Shown here one piece after another: positions 9,333 to 20,462 of a stretch of 64,000 nt of DNA; position 1 is the first letter of the stretch; the number at the start of each line of letters is the position of its first letter. The position numbers were made by a program, and so were the translations under genes. The stretch is taken from NCBI GenBank assembly GCA_963827685.1, contig CAWHBU010000004.1, forward strand, positions 416,001 to 480,000. The letters are read 5' to 3'. Origin of the DNA: an uncultured delta proteobacterium (GTDB taxonomy: Bacteria > Desulfobacterota > BSN033 > UBA1163). The notes beneath the pieces were generated by a model, which saw nothing but the letters and a program-made list of their open reading frames with translations, was not told the DNA's origin and searched no databases.

Positions 9333-11026
9333 TGAAAGTGAGCCTTTTTGCAGGAAAGCCTGCTGAGCCGTCCATGCTTGTTAACGTGCCCAAGCTTATC
9401 ACCGCCTACTACACCGAGACTCCCGATCCCTCCATACCTGACCAACGGATCTCGTTCGGCACCTCAGGACATCGGGGCTCCGCTTTCGAGAAGTCTTTCA
9501 ACGAATGGCATATTCTCGCCACCAGTCAGGCCATTTGCCTGTATCGCGGGCAGCAGAAGATCGATGGACCACTGTTTCTCGGTATGGACACGCACGCGCT
9601 TTCGGTGCCGGCTCTTGCCAGCGCGCTGGAGGTGCTGGGGGCCAATGGTGTGGAAGTCATGCTCGCAGAGGGGGATGAATATACGCCGACCCCTGTCGTC
9701 TCTCATGCGATTCTCACTTACAACCGCGGGCGCAAGACAGGACTCGCCGACGGCGTCGTGATCACGCCCTCACACAATCCGCCCCATGATGGCGGCTTCA
9801 AGTACAACCCGCCAAACGGTGGCCCGGCGGAACGCGCCGTCACAGATTGGATCGAAGCGAAGGCGAACACGCTTCTTGAAAGTGGCCTGCGAGGTGTAAA
9901 GAGGATTCCTGTCGAGAAGGCTCTTAGCGCCTCTACGACGCACCGGCACGACTACCTTAATACCTACATTAGCGACCTCGGCAATGTGATCAACATGGAC
10001 GCCATTCGCGGCGCGAAGATCAGCCTGGGGGTGGATCCGCTCGGCGGCGCAGGGGTCCACTACTGGGGGCTGATTGCCGAGCACTACGGGTTGAACCTCA
10101 CCGTCGTCAACGAGGCCGTCGATCCGACCTTCCGTTTCATGACGGTGGATTGGGACGGCCAGATCCGTATGGACCCCTCATCGCCCTATGCAATGCAGAG
10201 ATTGATCGATCTGAAGGATCGCTTCGAGATCGCCTTCGCCTGCGACACCGACCACGACCGGCACGGGATTGTCACCCGGAGCGCGGGACTTCTGCCGCCC
10301 AATCACTACCTTGCGGTCGCCATCTTCTACCTCTTCCAACACCGACCGAAGTGGCGCATGGAAGCGGCGGTCGGCAAGACGGTGGTGAGCAGCCAGATGA
10401 TTGATCGCGTCACCGCGAAGCTGGGGCGGAAGCTCTACGAGGTGCCGGTTGGCTTCAAGTGGTTCGTGGACGGCCTCCTCGACGGCTCGCTTGGCTTCGG
10501 CGGGGAAGAGAGCGCTGGCGCATCTTTTCTCCGTCTTGACGGTACTGTCTGGGTGACGGACAAAGACGGAATCGTCCCGGCTCTGCTCTCGGCGGAGATC
10601 ACTGCGCGGATGGGCCGCGATCCTGGCGAAATCTACCGCGAACTCACGCGTGAATTCGGTGAGCCTGTTTTCGACCGCGTTGAAGCCTCTGCCACCCCAA
10701 AACAAAAGGAGGCGCTAGCAAAACTATCAGCAGAGCAAGTTCGGATTACCAACATGGCCGGGGAAAAGATTCATGCCATCCTGACCCGAGCACCGGGAAA
10801 TGACGGGGCCATCGGAGGAATAAAGGTGGTTGCCGAGAACGGATGGTTCGCGGCGCGGCCATCAGGAACGGAAAACATCTACAAAATTTATGCAGAAAGT
10901 TTCCGCGGTGCGGATCATCTGCGCCGCATCCTAGAGGAAGCGCAGACAATCGTCAACGATGCTCTGGCTGCGGCGCCACAGCGGTCAGGGCTTGCAAGCA
11001 ATACAAATTTGGGGGAGAAACTATGA
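9326..11026 (+). CDS. pgm: Phosphoglucomutase (glucose-1,6-bisphosphate-dependent)
   Basis: FGTSGHRGS, TPSHNP, DTDHDR, GEESAG; start moved to the ATG after GGAGGAG. Confidence 0.95.
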   Translation: MVMKVSLFAGKPAEPSMLVNVPKLITAYYTETPDPSIPDQRISFGTSGHRGSAFEKSFNEWHILATSQAICLYRGQQKIDGPLFLGMDTHALSVPALASALEVLGANGVEVMLAEGDEYTPTPVVSHAILTYNRGRKTGLADGVVITPSHNPPHDGGFKYNPPNGGPAERAVTDWIEAKANTLLESGLRGVKRIPVEKALSASTTHRHDYLNTYISDLGNVINMDAIRGAKISLGVDPLGGAGVHYWGLIAEHYGLNLTVVNEAVDPTFRFMTVDWDGQIRMDPSSPYAMQRLIDLKDRFEIAFACDTDHDRHGIVTRSAGLLPPNHYLAVAIFYLFQHRPKWRMEAAVGKTVVSSQMIDRVTAKLGRKLYEVPVGFKWFVDGLLDGSLGFGGEESAGASFLRLDGTVWVTDKDGIVPALLSAEITARMGRDPGEIYRELTREFGEPVFDRVEASATPKQKEALAKLSAEQVRITNMAGEKIHAILTRAPGNDGAIGGIKVVAENGWFAARPSGTENIYKIYAESFRGADHLRRILEEAQTIVNDALAAAPQRSGLASNTNLGEKL

Positions 11027-13569
11027 GCAAACAAACACCTGTCAGCAAGCCGATCTACAGTCTTTTACCCACGGACGTCGAAGGATTCGATTCCCTGGCG
11101 GAGCTTGCCTTGGATATGCGCTGGTCGTGGAATCATGCTACCGACGAAGTGTGGAGACAGCTTGATCCCGCGCTTTGGGAGTTCACTCAAAACCCTTGGG
11201 TCGTCCTACAGACTGTCTCGAGGGACAAACTCCAGCGCGTGTCAGCCAATCCCGCCTTCCGCAAGAAGGTCGATGCGCTCGTGCAAGCCAGGCGTCAGGC
11301 GGCGAAAGCCCCCGCGTGGTTTCAGCAAGATCATCCACAGTCGCCCCTGACCCGTGTCGCGTATTTCAGCATGGAATTCATGTTGAGCGAAGCTCTGCCC
11401 ATCTACTCAGGGGGGCTTGGCAACGTGGCCGGCGATCAGCTCAAAGCGGCCAGTGATCTGGGTGTGCCGGTGGTCGGAGTGGGGCTGCTCTACCAGCAAG
11501 GCTATTTTCGGCAGGTGCTCGACAAGGACGGAGCGCAACAGGCCCTTTTCCCCTACAACGATCCCGGGCAATTGCCCATCACGCCGTTGCGCGAGGCGAA
11601 CGGGGAGTGGTTGCGGCTGGAGCTCGACTTGCCCGGTTATCCGGTCTGGCTGCGCGCCTGGCAGGTCCAGGTTGGCCGAGTGCAGCTTTACCTGCTCGAC
11701 AGCAATGACCTTGCGAACCTCCCGGCTCACCGAGGCATTACCAGCGAGCTATACGGGGGCGGACCGGAATTACGTCTTAATCAAGAGCTGGTACTCGGGA
11801 TCGGCGGGTGGCGCCTGCTCAATGCGCTCGGGATCAAGCCCGAAGTGTGCCACCTGAATGAAGGGCATGCCGCCTTCGCCGTGTTGGAACGGGCTCGAAC
11901 CTTTATGGAAGAGACCGGACAACCCTTCGAAGTCGCACTGAGCGCAACACGACCGGGTAACCTCTTTACCACCCACACGCCGGTGGCCGCCGGTTTTGAC
12001 CGTTTCTCTCCTGCCCTCACCGAACAATACCTCGGTTGGTACGCCCAGAACAAGCTCGGCATCTCGCTTCACGATTTGCTGGCCCTTGGGCGCGCGAACC
12101 CGAACGACTCTTCTGAACCCTTCAATATGGCCTACCTGGCTGTGCGAGGGAGCGGAGCGATTAATGGGGTGAGCCGCTTGCACGGGAAGGTGAGCCGACG
12201 GATTTTTATGCCTCTCTTTCCGCGCTGGCCGGAGGAGGAAGTGCCCATTGGACATGTTACCAATGGAGTCCACATGCCGAGCTGGGACTCGGCAGAATCT
12301 GACGATCTGTGGACTGAAGCCTGCGGAAAAGGCCGCTGGCTGGGGATGGTTGAAACCTTAGAGCGGGACATTCGCCGCGTTTCGGACGCCAAGCTCTGGC
12401 AACTTCGCACCGTCGCCAGCAAGTCTCTCATTGAATACGCCCGTGAACGATTGTCCCGACAACTGGCCGCCTCAGGCGCATCACCCGAGGCGGTTGACGG
12501 CGCGAAGCATCTGTTTGATCCCAACGCTTTGACGCTGGGCTTTGCACGCCGTTTCGCGACCTACAAGAGGCCGAACCTGCTGCTGCACGACCCGGAGCGA
12601 CTGCTTCACCTACTAACCAATACTCAGCGGCCTGTGCAACTCATCCTTGCCGGTAAGGCCCATCCAGAGGACCGAGCGGGACAGGCCCTGATTCAGGAAT
12701 GGACCAAGTTCATCCGGCGGCCCGAGGCGCGCCCCCATGTGATATTCCTCAGCGACTACGACATGCTTTTGACCGAGCACCTGGTGCAGGGGGTAGATGT
12801 CTGGATCAATACGCCACGACGGCCCTGGGAGGCTAGTGGAACAAGCGGTATGAAGGTGCTCGTTAATGGAGGCATCAATCTTTCTGAGCTAGATGGCTGG
12901 TGGGCGGAAGCCTATACGCCTGAAGTGGGGTGGGCGCTGGGGGACGGCCAGGAACATGGCGATGATCCAGGCTGGGACGCCGCCGAAGCCGAGGCGCTCT
13001 ACGATCTGCTCGAACGGGAGGTAATCCCCGAGTTCTATACCCGCGACTCAAACGGCATCCCGGTCGCTTGGGTCGCACGCATCCGCGAAAGCATGGGGCG
13101 ATTGACGCCTCGTTTTTCTTCCAACCGCACCGTGCGCGAGTACACTGAACAGTACTACATCCCTGCGGTGGGGGCTTACCGCCAGCGTGCTGCCGATAAG
13201 GGCGCAATGGGCGTGCAGTTGGTGAATTGGCAGCGTGCTATGGAACAGCACTGGTCAAATCTGCGTTTCGGCGAAATGAAGGTAGCGACTGACGGGGGGA
13301 ATCACATATTCGAGGTTCAGGTTTATCTCAGCGGTCTTGACCAGAATACTGTGCGCGTAGAACTTTACGCCGACGGCGTGAACGGCGGAGAGCCGGTCCG
13401 GCAGGAGATGAAGCGCGTTCGCCAACTGGCCGGCGTGTCGGGCGGCTACGTTTACAGCGCGGCTGTGTCTGCAGCCCGCCAACCAGCGGACTATACGGCG
13501 CGAGTGATACCGTACTTCGCTGGCATTGCGGTTCCACTGGAAGAGGCTTACATCCTGTGGCAACGATGA
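11023..13569 (+). CDS. glgP: Alpha-glucan (glycogen) phosphorylase
   Basis: YSGGLG, ARRFATYKR, EASGTSGMK PLP motif; ATGA overlap with pgm. Confidence 0.95.
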   Translation: MSKQTPVSKPIYSLLPTDVEGFDSLAELALDMRWSWNHATDEVWRQLDPALWEFTQNPWVVLQTVSRDKLQRVSANPAFRKKVDALVQARRQAAKAPAWFQQDHPQSPLTRVAYFSMEFMLSEALPIYSGGLGNVAGDQLKAASDLGVPVVGVGLLYQQGYFRQVLDKDGAQQALFPYNDPGQLPITPLREANGEWLRLELDLPGYPVWLRAWQVQVGRVQLYLLDSNDLANLPAHRGITSELYGGGPELRLNQELVLGIGGWRLLNALGIKPEVCHLNEGHAAFAVLERARTFMEETGQPFEVALSATRPGNLFTTHTPVAAGFDRFSPALTEQYLGWYAQNKLGISLHDLLALGRANPNDSSEPFNMAYLAVRGSGAINGVSRLHGKVSRRIFMPLFPRWPEEEVPIGHVTNGVHMPSWDSAESDDLWTEACGKGRWLGMVETLERDIRRVSDAKLWQLRTVASKSLIEYARERLSRQLAASGASPEAVDGAKHLFDPNALTLGFARRFATYKRPNLLLHDPERLLHLLTNTQRPVQLILAGKAHPEDRAGQALIQEWTKFIRRPEARPHVIFLSDYDMLLTEHLVQGVDVWINTPRRPWEASGTSGMKVLVNGGINLSELDGWWAEAYTPEVGWALGDGQEHGDDPGWDAAEAEALYDLLEREVIPEFYTRDSNGIPVAWVARIRESMGRLTPRFSSNRTVREYTEQYYIPAVGAYRQRAADKGAMGVQLVNWQRAMEQHWSNLRFGEMKVATDGGNHIFEVQVYLSGLDQNTVRVELYADGVNGGEPVRQEMKRVRQLAGVSGGYVYSAAVSAARQPADYTARVIPYFAGIAVPLEEAYILWQR

Positions 13570-14126
13570 TGAAAACGCCCCAACGCGAGTTGCACGATTA
13601 TATCTCGGAGATCTCCGAGCACGCTCACGTTCGGGCGGGCTCTCCTCTACCTTTGGGAACCCAGGAAAGGGGAGGAGGGGTTAATTTCGCCATTTTCAGC
13701 CGTGACGCCAGCCGCGTTCGGCTAGAGTTGTTCGACCATCCCGAAGACGCAGTGCCCACTCGGGTAATCGATCTGGATTCAGCGCGCAACCGCACCGGCG
13801 ACGTATGGCATGTTTGTGTAAAGGGGATCGGTCCCGGTCAACTCTATGCTTACCGCGTGGATGGCCCTTACGAACCCAGCGAAGGACATCGTTTCAATTT
13901 CAACAGGCTTCTCCTTGATCCCTTCGCTACGGCGATTTCGCGGCTGCCCCCGTGGGATTTTGCATCGGCACGTGGATACGACCCGTTGGCGCCGGAGCAA
14001 GACTTGTCTGCCGCAGGGGAAGAAACGCTCTTGGACAATTCAACGACCTATCACATAGAAGCCCGCTCCAGCGCGATACTTCTGGCACGGAAGCAGGAAT
14101 CTACCTTAGGAAGGGGTCCCGTATGA
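13566..14126 (+). pseudogene. glgX: Glycogen debranching enzyme GlgX with large in-frame internal deletion
   Basis: CBM48 N-domain (PLPLG...GVNFAIFS...RTGDVWH...LLDPFA) joined at about 14009 to the C-terminal tail (YHIEARSSAILLAR); catalytic barrel absent. Confidence 0.85.
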
Positions 14127-15757
14127 ATCAACGAGCCTCCGGGATACTTCTCCATCCAACCTCCCTTTCCAACCCCTATCCCATCGGCGATCTGGGGCCC
14201 GCGGCAACTGCCTTTGCGGATTTCATGGTCAAGAGTGGACAGCGTTGGTGGCAGATGCTTCCCGTCGGCCCGGCAGGGGAAGAAAATTCGCCTTACCGGT
14301 CACTGTCTGCCTTTGGGGGTAATCCGCTCCTGGTGAGTCCCGATCGGTTGGTGGAGCAGGGGCTCCTTGGCCGCCAGGATATCGAGCTTCCCATCTCCGG
14401 GGGCGAGGGAAAGGTGAACTATCCCGTGGCGGCACGCTTGAAGCTGCGATGGTTAAAAAAGGCATTTGAACATTTCGAAAAAAACAGGCACGGTGGCAGG
14501 CAATCTGAGCTCGACGCATTTGCACACGCGGAGTCTTTCTGGCTTGAGGATTTTTCGCTGTTCTCGGCAATCCAGGGGAAAGAGGGCACATCGGATTGGA
14601 CCCGATGGGACCAAGAGCTGCGAACGCGCCAGCCAGACGCCGTCATTCGCGCGCAGAAATACTTTGCCAATGACATACGTTACCACGAGTTTGTCCAGTG
14701 GCAGTTCTCAGTGCAGTGGAAAGAGTTAAGGACTTACTGCACGTCCAAAGGAATCTGGCTGATCGGCGATGTTCCCCTGTTCGTGGCCCACCAAAGCGCC
14801 GATGTCTGGGCTCATCCCGGGCTTTTCAAACTGGATGCCGATGGAAACCCTACGGTGGTCGCGGGAGTTCCTCCCGATTATTTCTCCAAAACAGGGCAGA
14901 TGTGGGGTGTCCCCGTGTATCGCTGGGAGGCGCTTCAAGAGCAGAACTACAGCTGGTGGATCGAACGCCTGCGGACGGCTTTTGGACGGTTCGATGTCAA
15001 TCGGCTGGATCATTTCATCGGCTTTGTCCGCACCTATGAAGTGTCTGCACAAGCCAAGACGGCTGTGAACGGGCAGTACCAACCTGGCGGAGGCGCTTCT
15101 TTTTTCGAAGCCGCCCGCGAAGCCCTTGGGTCATTGCCTTTGATCGCGGATGATCTCGGTGCCACAACACCCGAAGTGGTGGCTTTACTGGATCAACTTC
15201 GGATCCCGGGCACACGGGTGCTCCAATTCGAGTTCGGCTCAAATCTCGAAACCAATTCAGTTCCGCCAGAACAGCATCCGGTGAAATCAGTGGTCTATAC
15301 CGGAACCCATGATAACGACACAACGGCAGGCTGGTATCGGAAGTTGCCAAGCACGCAACGCAAAGCCTTGCAAAAACAGCTGGGAGCAAACAACGGGGAG
15401 GTTGTCTGGGCCATGATCCGTGAGGCGCTGGCATCGCAGGCCGACACAGCCATCATTCCTGCGCAAGACCTCCTGGAGCTGGGGTCGGAGGCGCGAATGA
15501 ATTTTCCCGGAATTGCGAAAGGAAACTGGCGATGGCGCCTGAAGGGTGGCGCGCTGACCCAGGAGCTCGCGCAAAGGCTGCGAAGCATAACTATAACGTA
15601 TGGGCGCCTGAGGAGTGGTGAGCCCCGCCCAACTCCTCGATGTCAGGAAGATGACCCGACGCCACAGATCGCGAGCGGGTCTATGAACTGTACGAGCGAC
15701 GAGGCCGCCAGAACGGCCAAACCGTTCAAGATTGGCTCCACGCGGAACGGGAAATAA
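14123..15757 (+). CDS. malQ: 4-alpha-glucanotransferase (amylomaltase, GH77)
   Basis: RASGILLHPTSL, AGVPPDYFS, RLDHFIG, YTGTHDNDT; ATGA overlap at 14123. Confidence 0.95.
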   Translation: MNQRASGILLHPTSLSNPYPIGDLGPAATAFADFMVKSGQRWWQMLPVGPAGEENSPYRSLSAFGGNPLLVSPDRLVEQGLLGRQDIELPISGGEGKVNYPVAARLKLRWLKKAFEHFEKNRHGGRQSELDAFAHAESFWLEDFSLFSAIQGKEGTSDWTRWDQELRTRQPDAVIRAQKYFANDIRYHEFVQWQFSVQWKELRTYCTSKGIWLIGDVPLFVAHQSADVWAHPGLFKLDADGNPTVVAGVPPDYFSKTGQMWGVPVYRWEALQEQNYSWWIERLRTAFGRFDVNRLDHFIGFVRTYEVSAQAKTAVNGQYQPGGGASFFEAAREALGSLPLIADDLGATTPEVVALLDQLRIPGTRVLQFEFGSNLETNSVPPEQHPVKSVVYTGTHDNDTTAGWYRKLPSTQRKALQKQLGANNGEVVWAMIREALASQADTAIIPAQDLLELGSEARMNFPGIAKGNWRWRLKGGALTQELAQRLRSITITYGRLRSGEPRPTPRCQEDDPTPQIASGSMNCTSDEAARTAKPFKIGSTRNGK

Positions 15758-15777
15758 AGATGGAGGCGAAACGGTGA
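15676..15777 (+). pseudogene. DUF2934-like domain frameshifted off the MalQ C-terminus
   Basis: An alternative frame after PTPQIA reads RVYELYERRGRQNGQTVQDWLHAEREIKMEAKR*. Confidence 0.65.
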
Positions 15778-15803
15778 CAAATGAGCATTCACAACAATAT
15801 GAG

Positions 15804-16051
15804 ATGACTTTGCATCGGATCAAGGAAGTGTCGCGTCTCGAATGGGCGACGACGAGTGCCGCTCAGGTCATCCTTCCCTTGGAACAGTTAAAACGCATCG
15901 ATCCTGATACCGACCTGTGGCCCCCCTCCAGAAGATGGACCGCGATGGAGTCAACCAGTTGCCCGTCACCCGGGATCACCATGTCATCGGCATGTTAAGC
16001 CGGGAAGATGTCATAACTTTCCTGCGTACGCTCCAGGAATTGGGAACATAA
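15804..16051 (+). pseudogene. Frameshifted C-terminal CBS remnant of a site-2 protease
   Basis: MTLHRIKEVSRLEW...LEQLKRIDPDTDLW / LQKMDRDGVNQLPV...MLSREDVITFLRTLQELGT* parallels the end of 2103..3221. Confidence 0.85.
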
Positions 16052-16083
16052 CCGACATAACAACGGAAACTCGGGGGACCATA

Positions 16084-16731
16084 ATGAAACGCTCAACAGA
16101 GATCACGACGTTGTTTCTGGATATCGGCGGTGTCCTGCTCACCAACGGGTGGGATCATCATGCCCGCAAACGGGCGACGACGAACTTCAAGCTGGAGTTG
16201 GCCGAGATGGAGGATCGGCATCACCTGACCTTCGACACCTACGAGGAGGGGAAGCTCACGCTGGAAGAATATTTAGGTCGGGTGGTCTTCTACCAAAAGC
16301 GACCGTTCACCCGGGCTCAGTTTCGGCGCTTCATGTTCGCGCAATCGAAACCTTACCCCGAGATGATCGAACTGGTCGCTCAGCTCAAGGTCCGGCACAG
16401 GCTGAAGATCGCCGTGGTCAGTAATGAAGCATGGGAATTAAATGCGTACCGGATTCGAAAGTTCAAACTAAACGGGTTTGTGGATTCTTTTATTTCCTCC
16501 TGCTTCGTTCACCTCCGCAAGCCCGACGCGGACATCTTTCGGCTTGCGCTGGACATCGCCCAGGCGCCAGCCCGGCAGGTAGTCTATATCGAAAACACCC
16601 CGATGTTCGTCCAGATCGCGGAAGGTTTGGGGATTCGAAGCATTCTTCATACGGATTACAGGTCCACGTGCGCGAAACTGGCTTCGTTTGGATTGCAGAA
16701 TGACGAAGGAGTCATCCATGAAACCAGCTAA
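16084..16731 (+). CDS. HAD-superfamily phosphatase
   Basis: FLDIGGVL, VVSN, RKPD. Confidence 0.88.
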   Translation: MKRSTEITTLFLDIGGVLLTNGWDHHARKRATTNFKLELAEMEDRHHLTFDTYEEGKLTLEEYLGRVVFYQKRPFTRAQFRRFMFAQSKPYPEMIELVAQLKVRHRLKIAVVSNEAWELNAYRIRKFKLNGFVDSFISSCFVHLRKPDADIFRLALDIAQAPARQVVYIENTPMFVQIAEGLGIRSILHTDYRSTCAKLASFGLQNDEGVIHETS

Positions 16732-17950
16732 CCCACGCATCCTGACGATCAATGGCGGCTCGTCGAGCATCAAGTTCGCGCTGTTCGAGGCCGGCGACTC
16801 GCTCCGAAGGATTCTGGAGGGCGGGATTGAGAGGATTGGACTGCCGGAGGCCGCCTTGCGGGTGAAAGGCTTGAGCCAGGCAGATAACTTTTCGCGGTTG
16901 GTGACGGCGCCGGATCACACGGTGGCCGTGGGCGCTCTGATGGATTGGATCGAGGAACGGAGCGGACATGATGCATTGACCGCGGTGGGGCATCGCGTGG
17001 TGCATGGCGGGCCGAAGTATAGCAAGCCGCAGCGAATCACTTCGGAAATGGTTGAGGAGCTGCACCGGCTCAGTCCATTCGATCCTGAGCATCTGCCGGA
17101 GGAGATCCTGTTGACCGAGGCGTTTCATCGCCGATTTCCTGATCTGCCCCAAGTGGCGTGCTTCGACACGGCTTTTCACCATGACCTGCCGCGCGTGGCG
17201 CGGCTGTTGCCTATTCCACGCCGGTACGAGGCGCAGGGCGTGCGGCGGTACGGGTTTCACGGGTTGTCGTATGCGTTTCTAATGGGAGAACTGACCCGCC
17301 TGGCCGGAACGGAAGCGGCACAAGGCCGGGTTATCCTCGCCCACCTCGGCAATGGCGCGAGCCTGGCGGCAGTTCGTGACGGCAAACCCATGGACATAAG
17401 CATGAGTTTCACCCCGACAGCCGGGGTGCCGATGAGCACCCGCTCAGGCGATCTCGATCCCGGGCTGGTCTGGTATCTGGCGCGAACCGAGCGCATCGAG
17501 GCAAACCAGTTCAACGAGATGGTCAATTTCCAGTCCGGGCTGCTCGGCGTGTCTGAGATCAGTTCCGACATGCGCGACTTGCTCGAGCGGGAAACCGAGG
17601 ACGTGCGGGCGGCAGAGGCGGTGGCGCTGTTTTGTTACCAAATAAAAAAGTGGATCGGGGCATTCGCGGCGGCGTTGGGCGGACTGGATACGCTGGTGTT
17701 TGCTGGTGGCATCGGGGAGAACGCGCCCAAAGTTCGAGCCCGGGTCTGCGACGGGCTTGGGTTTCTTGGGATCGAGCTCGAAGAAAAACAAAACGTGACC
17801 AATGCCGGCGTGATTTCCTCGGATGCCAGCCGGGTCGCTGTCCGTGTTATTCGCACGGACGAGGAATGGATGATAGCAAAGACGGTCTGTCGCGTTTTGG
17901 GTCTTACAATTGAAAAGGAACATGATCATGAAAACAAAAAAGGTTTCTGA
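16718..17950 (+). CDS. ackA: Acetate/propionate kinase
   Basis: [36 protein letters not shown]. Confidence 0.95.
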   Translation: MKPANPRILTINGGSSSIKFALFEAGDSLRRILEGGIERIGLPEAALRVKGLSQADNFSRLVTAPDHTVAVGALMDWIEERSGHDALTAVGHRVVHGGPKYSKPQRITSEMVEELHRLSPFDPEHLPEEILLTEAFHRRFPDLPQVACFDTAFHHDLPRVARLLPIPRRYEAQGVRRYGFHGLSYAFLMGELTRLAGTEAAQGRVILAHLGNGASLAAVRDGKPMDISMSFTPTAGVPMSTRSGDLDPGLVWYLARTERIEANQFNEMVNFQSGLLGVSEISSDMRDLLERETEDVRAAEAVALFCYQIKKWIGAFAAALGGLDTLVFAGGIGENAPKVRARVCDGLGFLGIELEEKQNVTNAGVISSDASRVAVRVIRTDEEWMIAKTVCRVLGLTIEKEHDHENKKGF

Positions 17951-17963
17951 AAGGAGCATTGTT

Positions 17964-20414
17964 ATGAAGGTGAAAAATGGGGTTAAGGAGAACATCGCCG
18001 TGGAAACGAAAAAGACCAACAAAACGGATAAGCCGTTGTCGCCCGATCTGCTGCGAAGGATGAACGCCTATTGGCGCGCCGCCAACTATCTGTCCGTCGG
18101 GCAGATTTATCTCTTCGACAATCCTTTGCTTCGGGAGCCGCTGAAACTGTCGCACGTGAAGCCGCTGGTGGTCGGACACTGGGGCACGACGCCGGGCCAG
18201 AACTTCATCTATGTCCATCTCAACCGGATCATCAAGCAGTATGATCTGAACGTGATCTATGTCACCGGCCCCGGTCACGGAGGACCGGGTCTGGTGGCCA
18301 ACACGTATCTGGAGGGCACGTACAGCGAGTTGTACCCGAACATCTCCCAGGACGAGCAGGGCATGAAACGATTATTCACCCAGTTCTCTTTTCCTGGCGG
18401 CATCCCCAGTCACGTAGCTCCGGAAACGCCAGGCTCCACCAACGAAGGCGGCGAACTCGGCTATTCCCTGGCGCACGCGTACGGTGCCGCGTTCGACAAT
18501 CCTGATCTACTGGTTGCGTGCGTCGTGGGCGATGGAGAGGGGGAGACCGGGGCACTGGCAACCAGTTGGCACTCGAATAAATTCCTGAATCCTGTCCACG
18601 ACGGAGTGGTCCTGCCGATCCTCCACCTGAACGGCTACAAGATCGCCAACCCCACCGTGCTGGCTCGGATCAGTCACGAGGAATTGGAGCAGCTCTTCCG
18701 TGGCTATGGTTACGACCCGTATTTCGTTGAGGGAGACGATCCCGACAAAGTTCACCAGCTCATGGGAGGCACACTCGACAGAGTCGTCGCCGAAATCAAA
18801 AGCATTCAAACCGAGGCGCGCACCAAAGGATTCAAGAAACGGCCTGCCTGGCCGATGATCATTCTTCGTATACCCAAAGGATGGACAGGACCAAAGGTGG
18901 TGGATGGTTTGCCTGTCGAAGGCACGTTTCGCGCGCACCAAGTGCCGCTTTCAGAATTGACTACGAAACCCAAGCACCTGAAAATGCTTGAGCAGTGGAT
19001 GAAGAGCTATAAGCCCGAAGAGCTTTTTGATAAGAGCGGCAAACTCATCCCGGAATTGGCAGAATTGGCTCCCAAGGGCGAACGGCGAATGGGGGCCAAC
19101 CCTCATGCAAATGGTGGAATCCTGCCTCGTGACCTGAGAATGCCGGACTTTCGCGCTTACGCCGTTGCCGTTCCTCAGCCAGGTACCGTCGTAGCGGAGG
19201 CCACTCGGATCATGGGAGCATTCATTCGGGACGTGATGAAACTGAATTGGGAGCGTCGCAATTTTCGTGTCTTTGGCCCGGATGAGACGGCCTCAAACCG
19301 TCTCACGCACTTGTTCGACATCACCGGCCGTGTCTCTACCGCCGAGATTCTGAAAACCGACGACCACGTTTCGCCCAACGGCCGCGTGATGGAGGTGCTG
19401 AGCGAGCATTTATGCCAGGGCTGGCTTGAAGGCTATCTCCTCACGGGGCGGCACGGTCTTTTCTCCTGCTACGAAGCGTTCATTCACATCGTGGATTCGA
19501 TGTTTAACCAACACGCCAAGTGGTTGAAAGTGACGCGTCACATTCCCTGGCGACGCCCCATCGCCTCGCTGAATTACCTACTCACTTCGCATGTGTGGCG
19601 GCAGGACCACAACGGGTTCAGCCACCAGGACCCGGGTTTCATCGACCATGTGGTGAACAAGAAGGCAGACATCATCCGCGTCTATCTGCCGCCGGATGCC
19701 AACACCCTGCTGTCAGTGACAGACCATTGCTTGCGGAGCCGCAATTACGTCAATGTCATCGTTGCGGGCAAACAGGCGGAACTCCAATGGTTGGACATGG
19801 ATGCGGCCATTAAACACTGCACAGCCGGGCTCGGCATCTGGGAATGGGCCAGCAACGACGAGGGCGGCGACCCCGATGTGGTGATGGCCTGCTGCGGTGA
19901 TGTACCAACCTTGGAAACACTGGCCGCTGTCGAGATCCTGCGACAGCATTTCCCGGAACTAAGGATTCGCGCCATCAACGTGGTGGACTTGATGACGCTC
20001 CAGCCGCAGAGCGAGCATCCCCACGGATTGAGCGACAAGGACTTCGATGTGCTCTTCACCAAGGACAAGCCCATCATATTCGCCTTCCACGGCTATCCCT
20101 GGCTGATCCACCGCTTGACCTACCGCCGGACAAACCACAAAAACCTGCACGTCCGGGGTTACAAGGAAGAGGGAACAACCACCACCCCCTTCGACATGGT
20201 GGTGTTGAATGAGCTCGATCGCTTCCACCTGGTTGGCGATGTGATCGATCGTGTGCCCGGTCTGGAATCACGCGCTGCCTACGCTAAACAGTTTATTCGC
20301 GACAAGCTGGTTGACCACAAGACCTACATCCACAAATATGGCGAAGATATGCCCGAAATTCGCAATTGGAGATGGAGCTCGGGCAGAAACGACAAACAGT
20401 CGCATGCCGGATAG
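17964..20414 (+). CDS. xfp: Xylulose-5-phosphate/fructose-6-phosphate phosphoketolase
   Basis: [42 protein letters not shown]; start uncertain (17922/17928/17964). Confidence 0.95.
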   Translation: MKVKNGVKENIAVETKKTNKTDKPLSPDLLRRMNAYWRAANYLSVGQIYLFDNPLLREPLKLSHVKPLVVGHWGTTPGQNFIYVHLNRIIKQYDLNVIYVTGPGHGGPGLVANTYLEGTYSELYPNISQDEQGMKRLFTQFSFPGGIPSHVAPETPGSTNEGGELGYSLAHAYGAAFDNPDLLVACVVGDGEGETGALATSWHSNKFLNPVHDGVVLPILHLNGYKIANPTVLARISHEELEQLFRGYGYDPYFVEGDDPDKVHQLMGGTLDRVVAEIKSIQTEARTKGFKKRPAWPMIILRIPKGWTGPKVVDGLPVEGTFRAHQVPLSELTTKPKHLKMLEQWMKSYKPEELFDKSGKLIPELAELAPKGERRMGANPHANGGILPRDLRMPDFRAYAVAVPQPGTVVAEATRIMGAFIRDVMKLNWERRNFRVFGPDETASNRLTHLFDITGRVSTAEILKTDDHVSPNGRVMEVLSEHLCQGWLEGYLLTGRHGLFSCYEAFIHIVDSMFNQHAKWLKVTRHIPWRRPIASLNYLLTSHVWRQDHNGFSHQDPGFIDHVVNKKADIIRVYLPPDANTLLSVTDHCLRSRNYVNVIVAGKQAELQWLDMDAAIKHCTAGLGIWEWASNDEGGDPDVVMACCGDVPTLETLAAVEILRQHFPELRIRAINVVDLMTLQPQSEHPHGLSDKDFDVLFTKDKPIIFAFHGYPWLIHRLTYRRTNHKNLHVRGYKEEGTTTTPFDMVVLNELDRFHLVGDVIDRVPGLESRAAYAKQFIRDKLVDHKTYIHKYGEDMPEIRNWRWSSGRNDKQSHAG

Positions 20415-20462
20415 GTATGCCAGCGCGAATAAATCACTTGATTAATTTGGAGGATACTCGTC

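Noticed and set aside
10843-14122. Long N-terminal extensions on pgm, glgP and malQ (also pyk at 32384) in the ORF track
   Set aside because: They overlap upstream genes; ATGA overlaps and RBS positions give shorter starts.
18420-18470. Phosphoketolase GSTNEGG instead of the usual GSIHEGG
   Set aside because: The recognised catalytic histidine motifs (GHWG, GPGH, GIPSH, FSHQ) are intact, so this is not evidence of inactivation.
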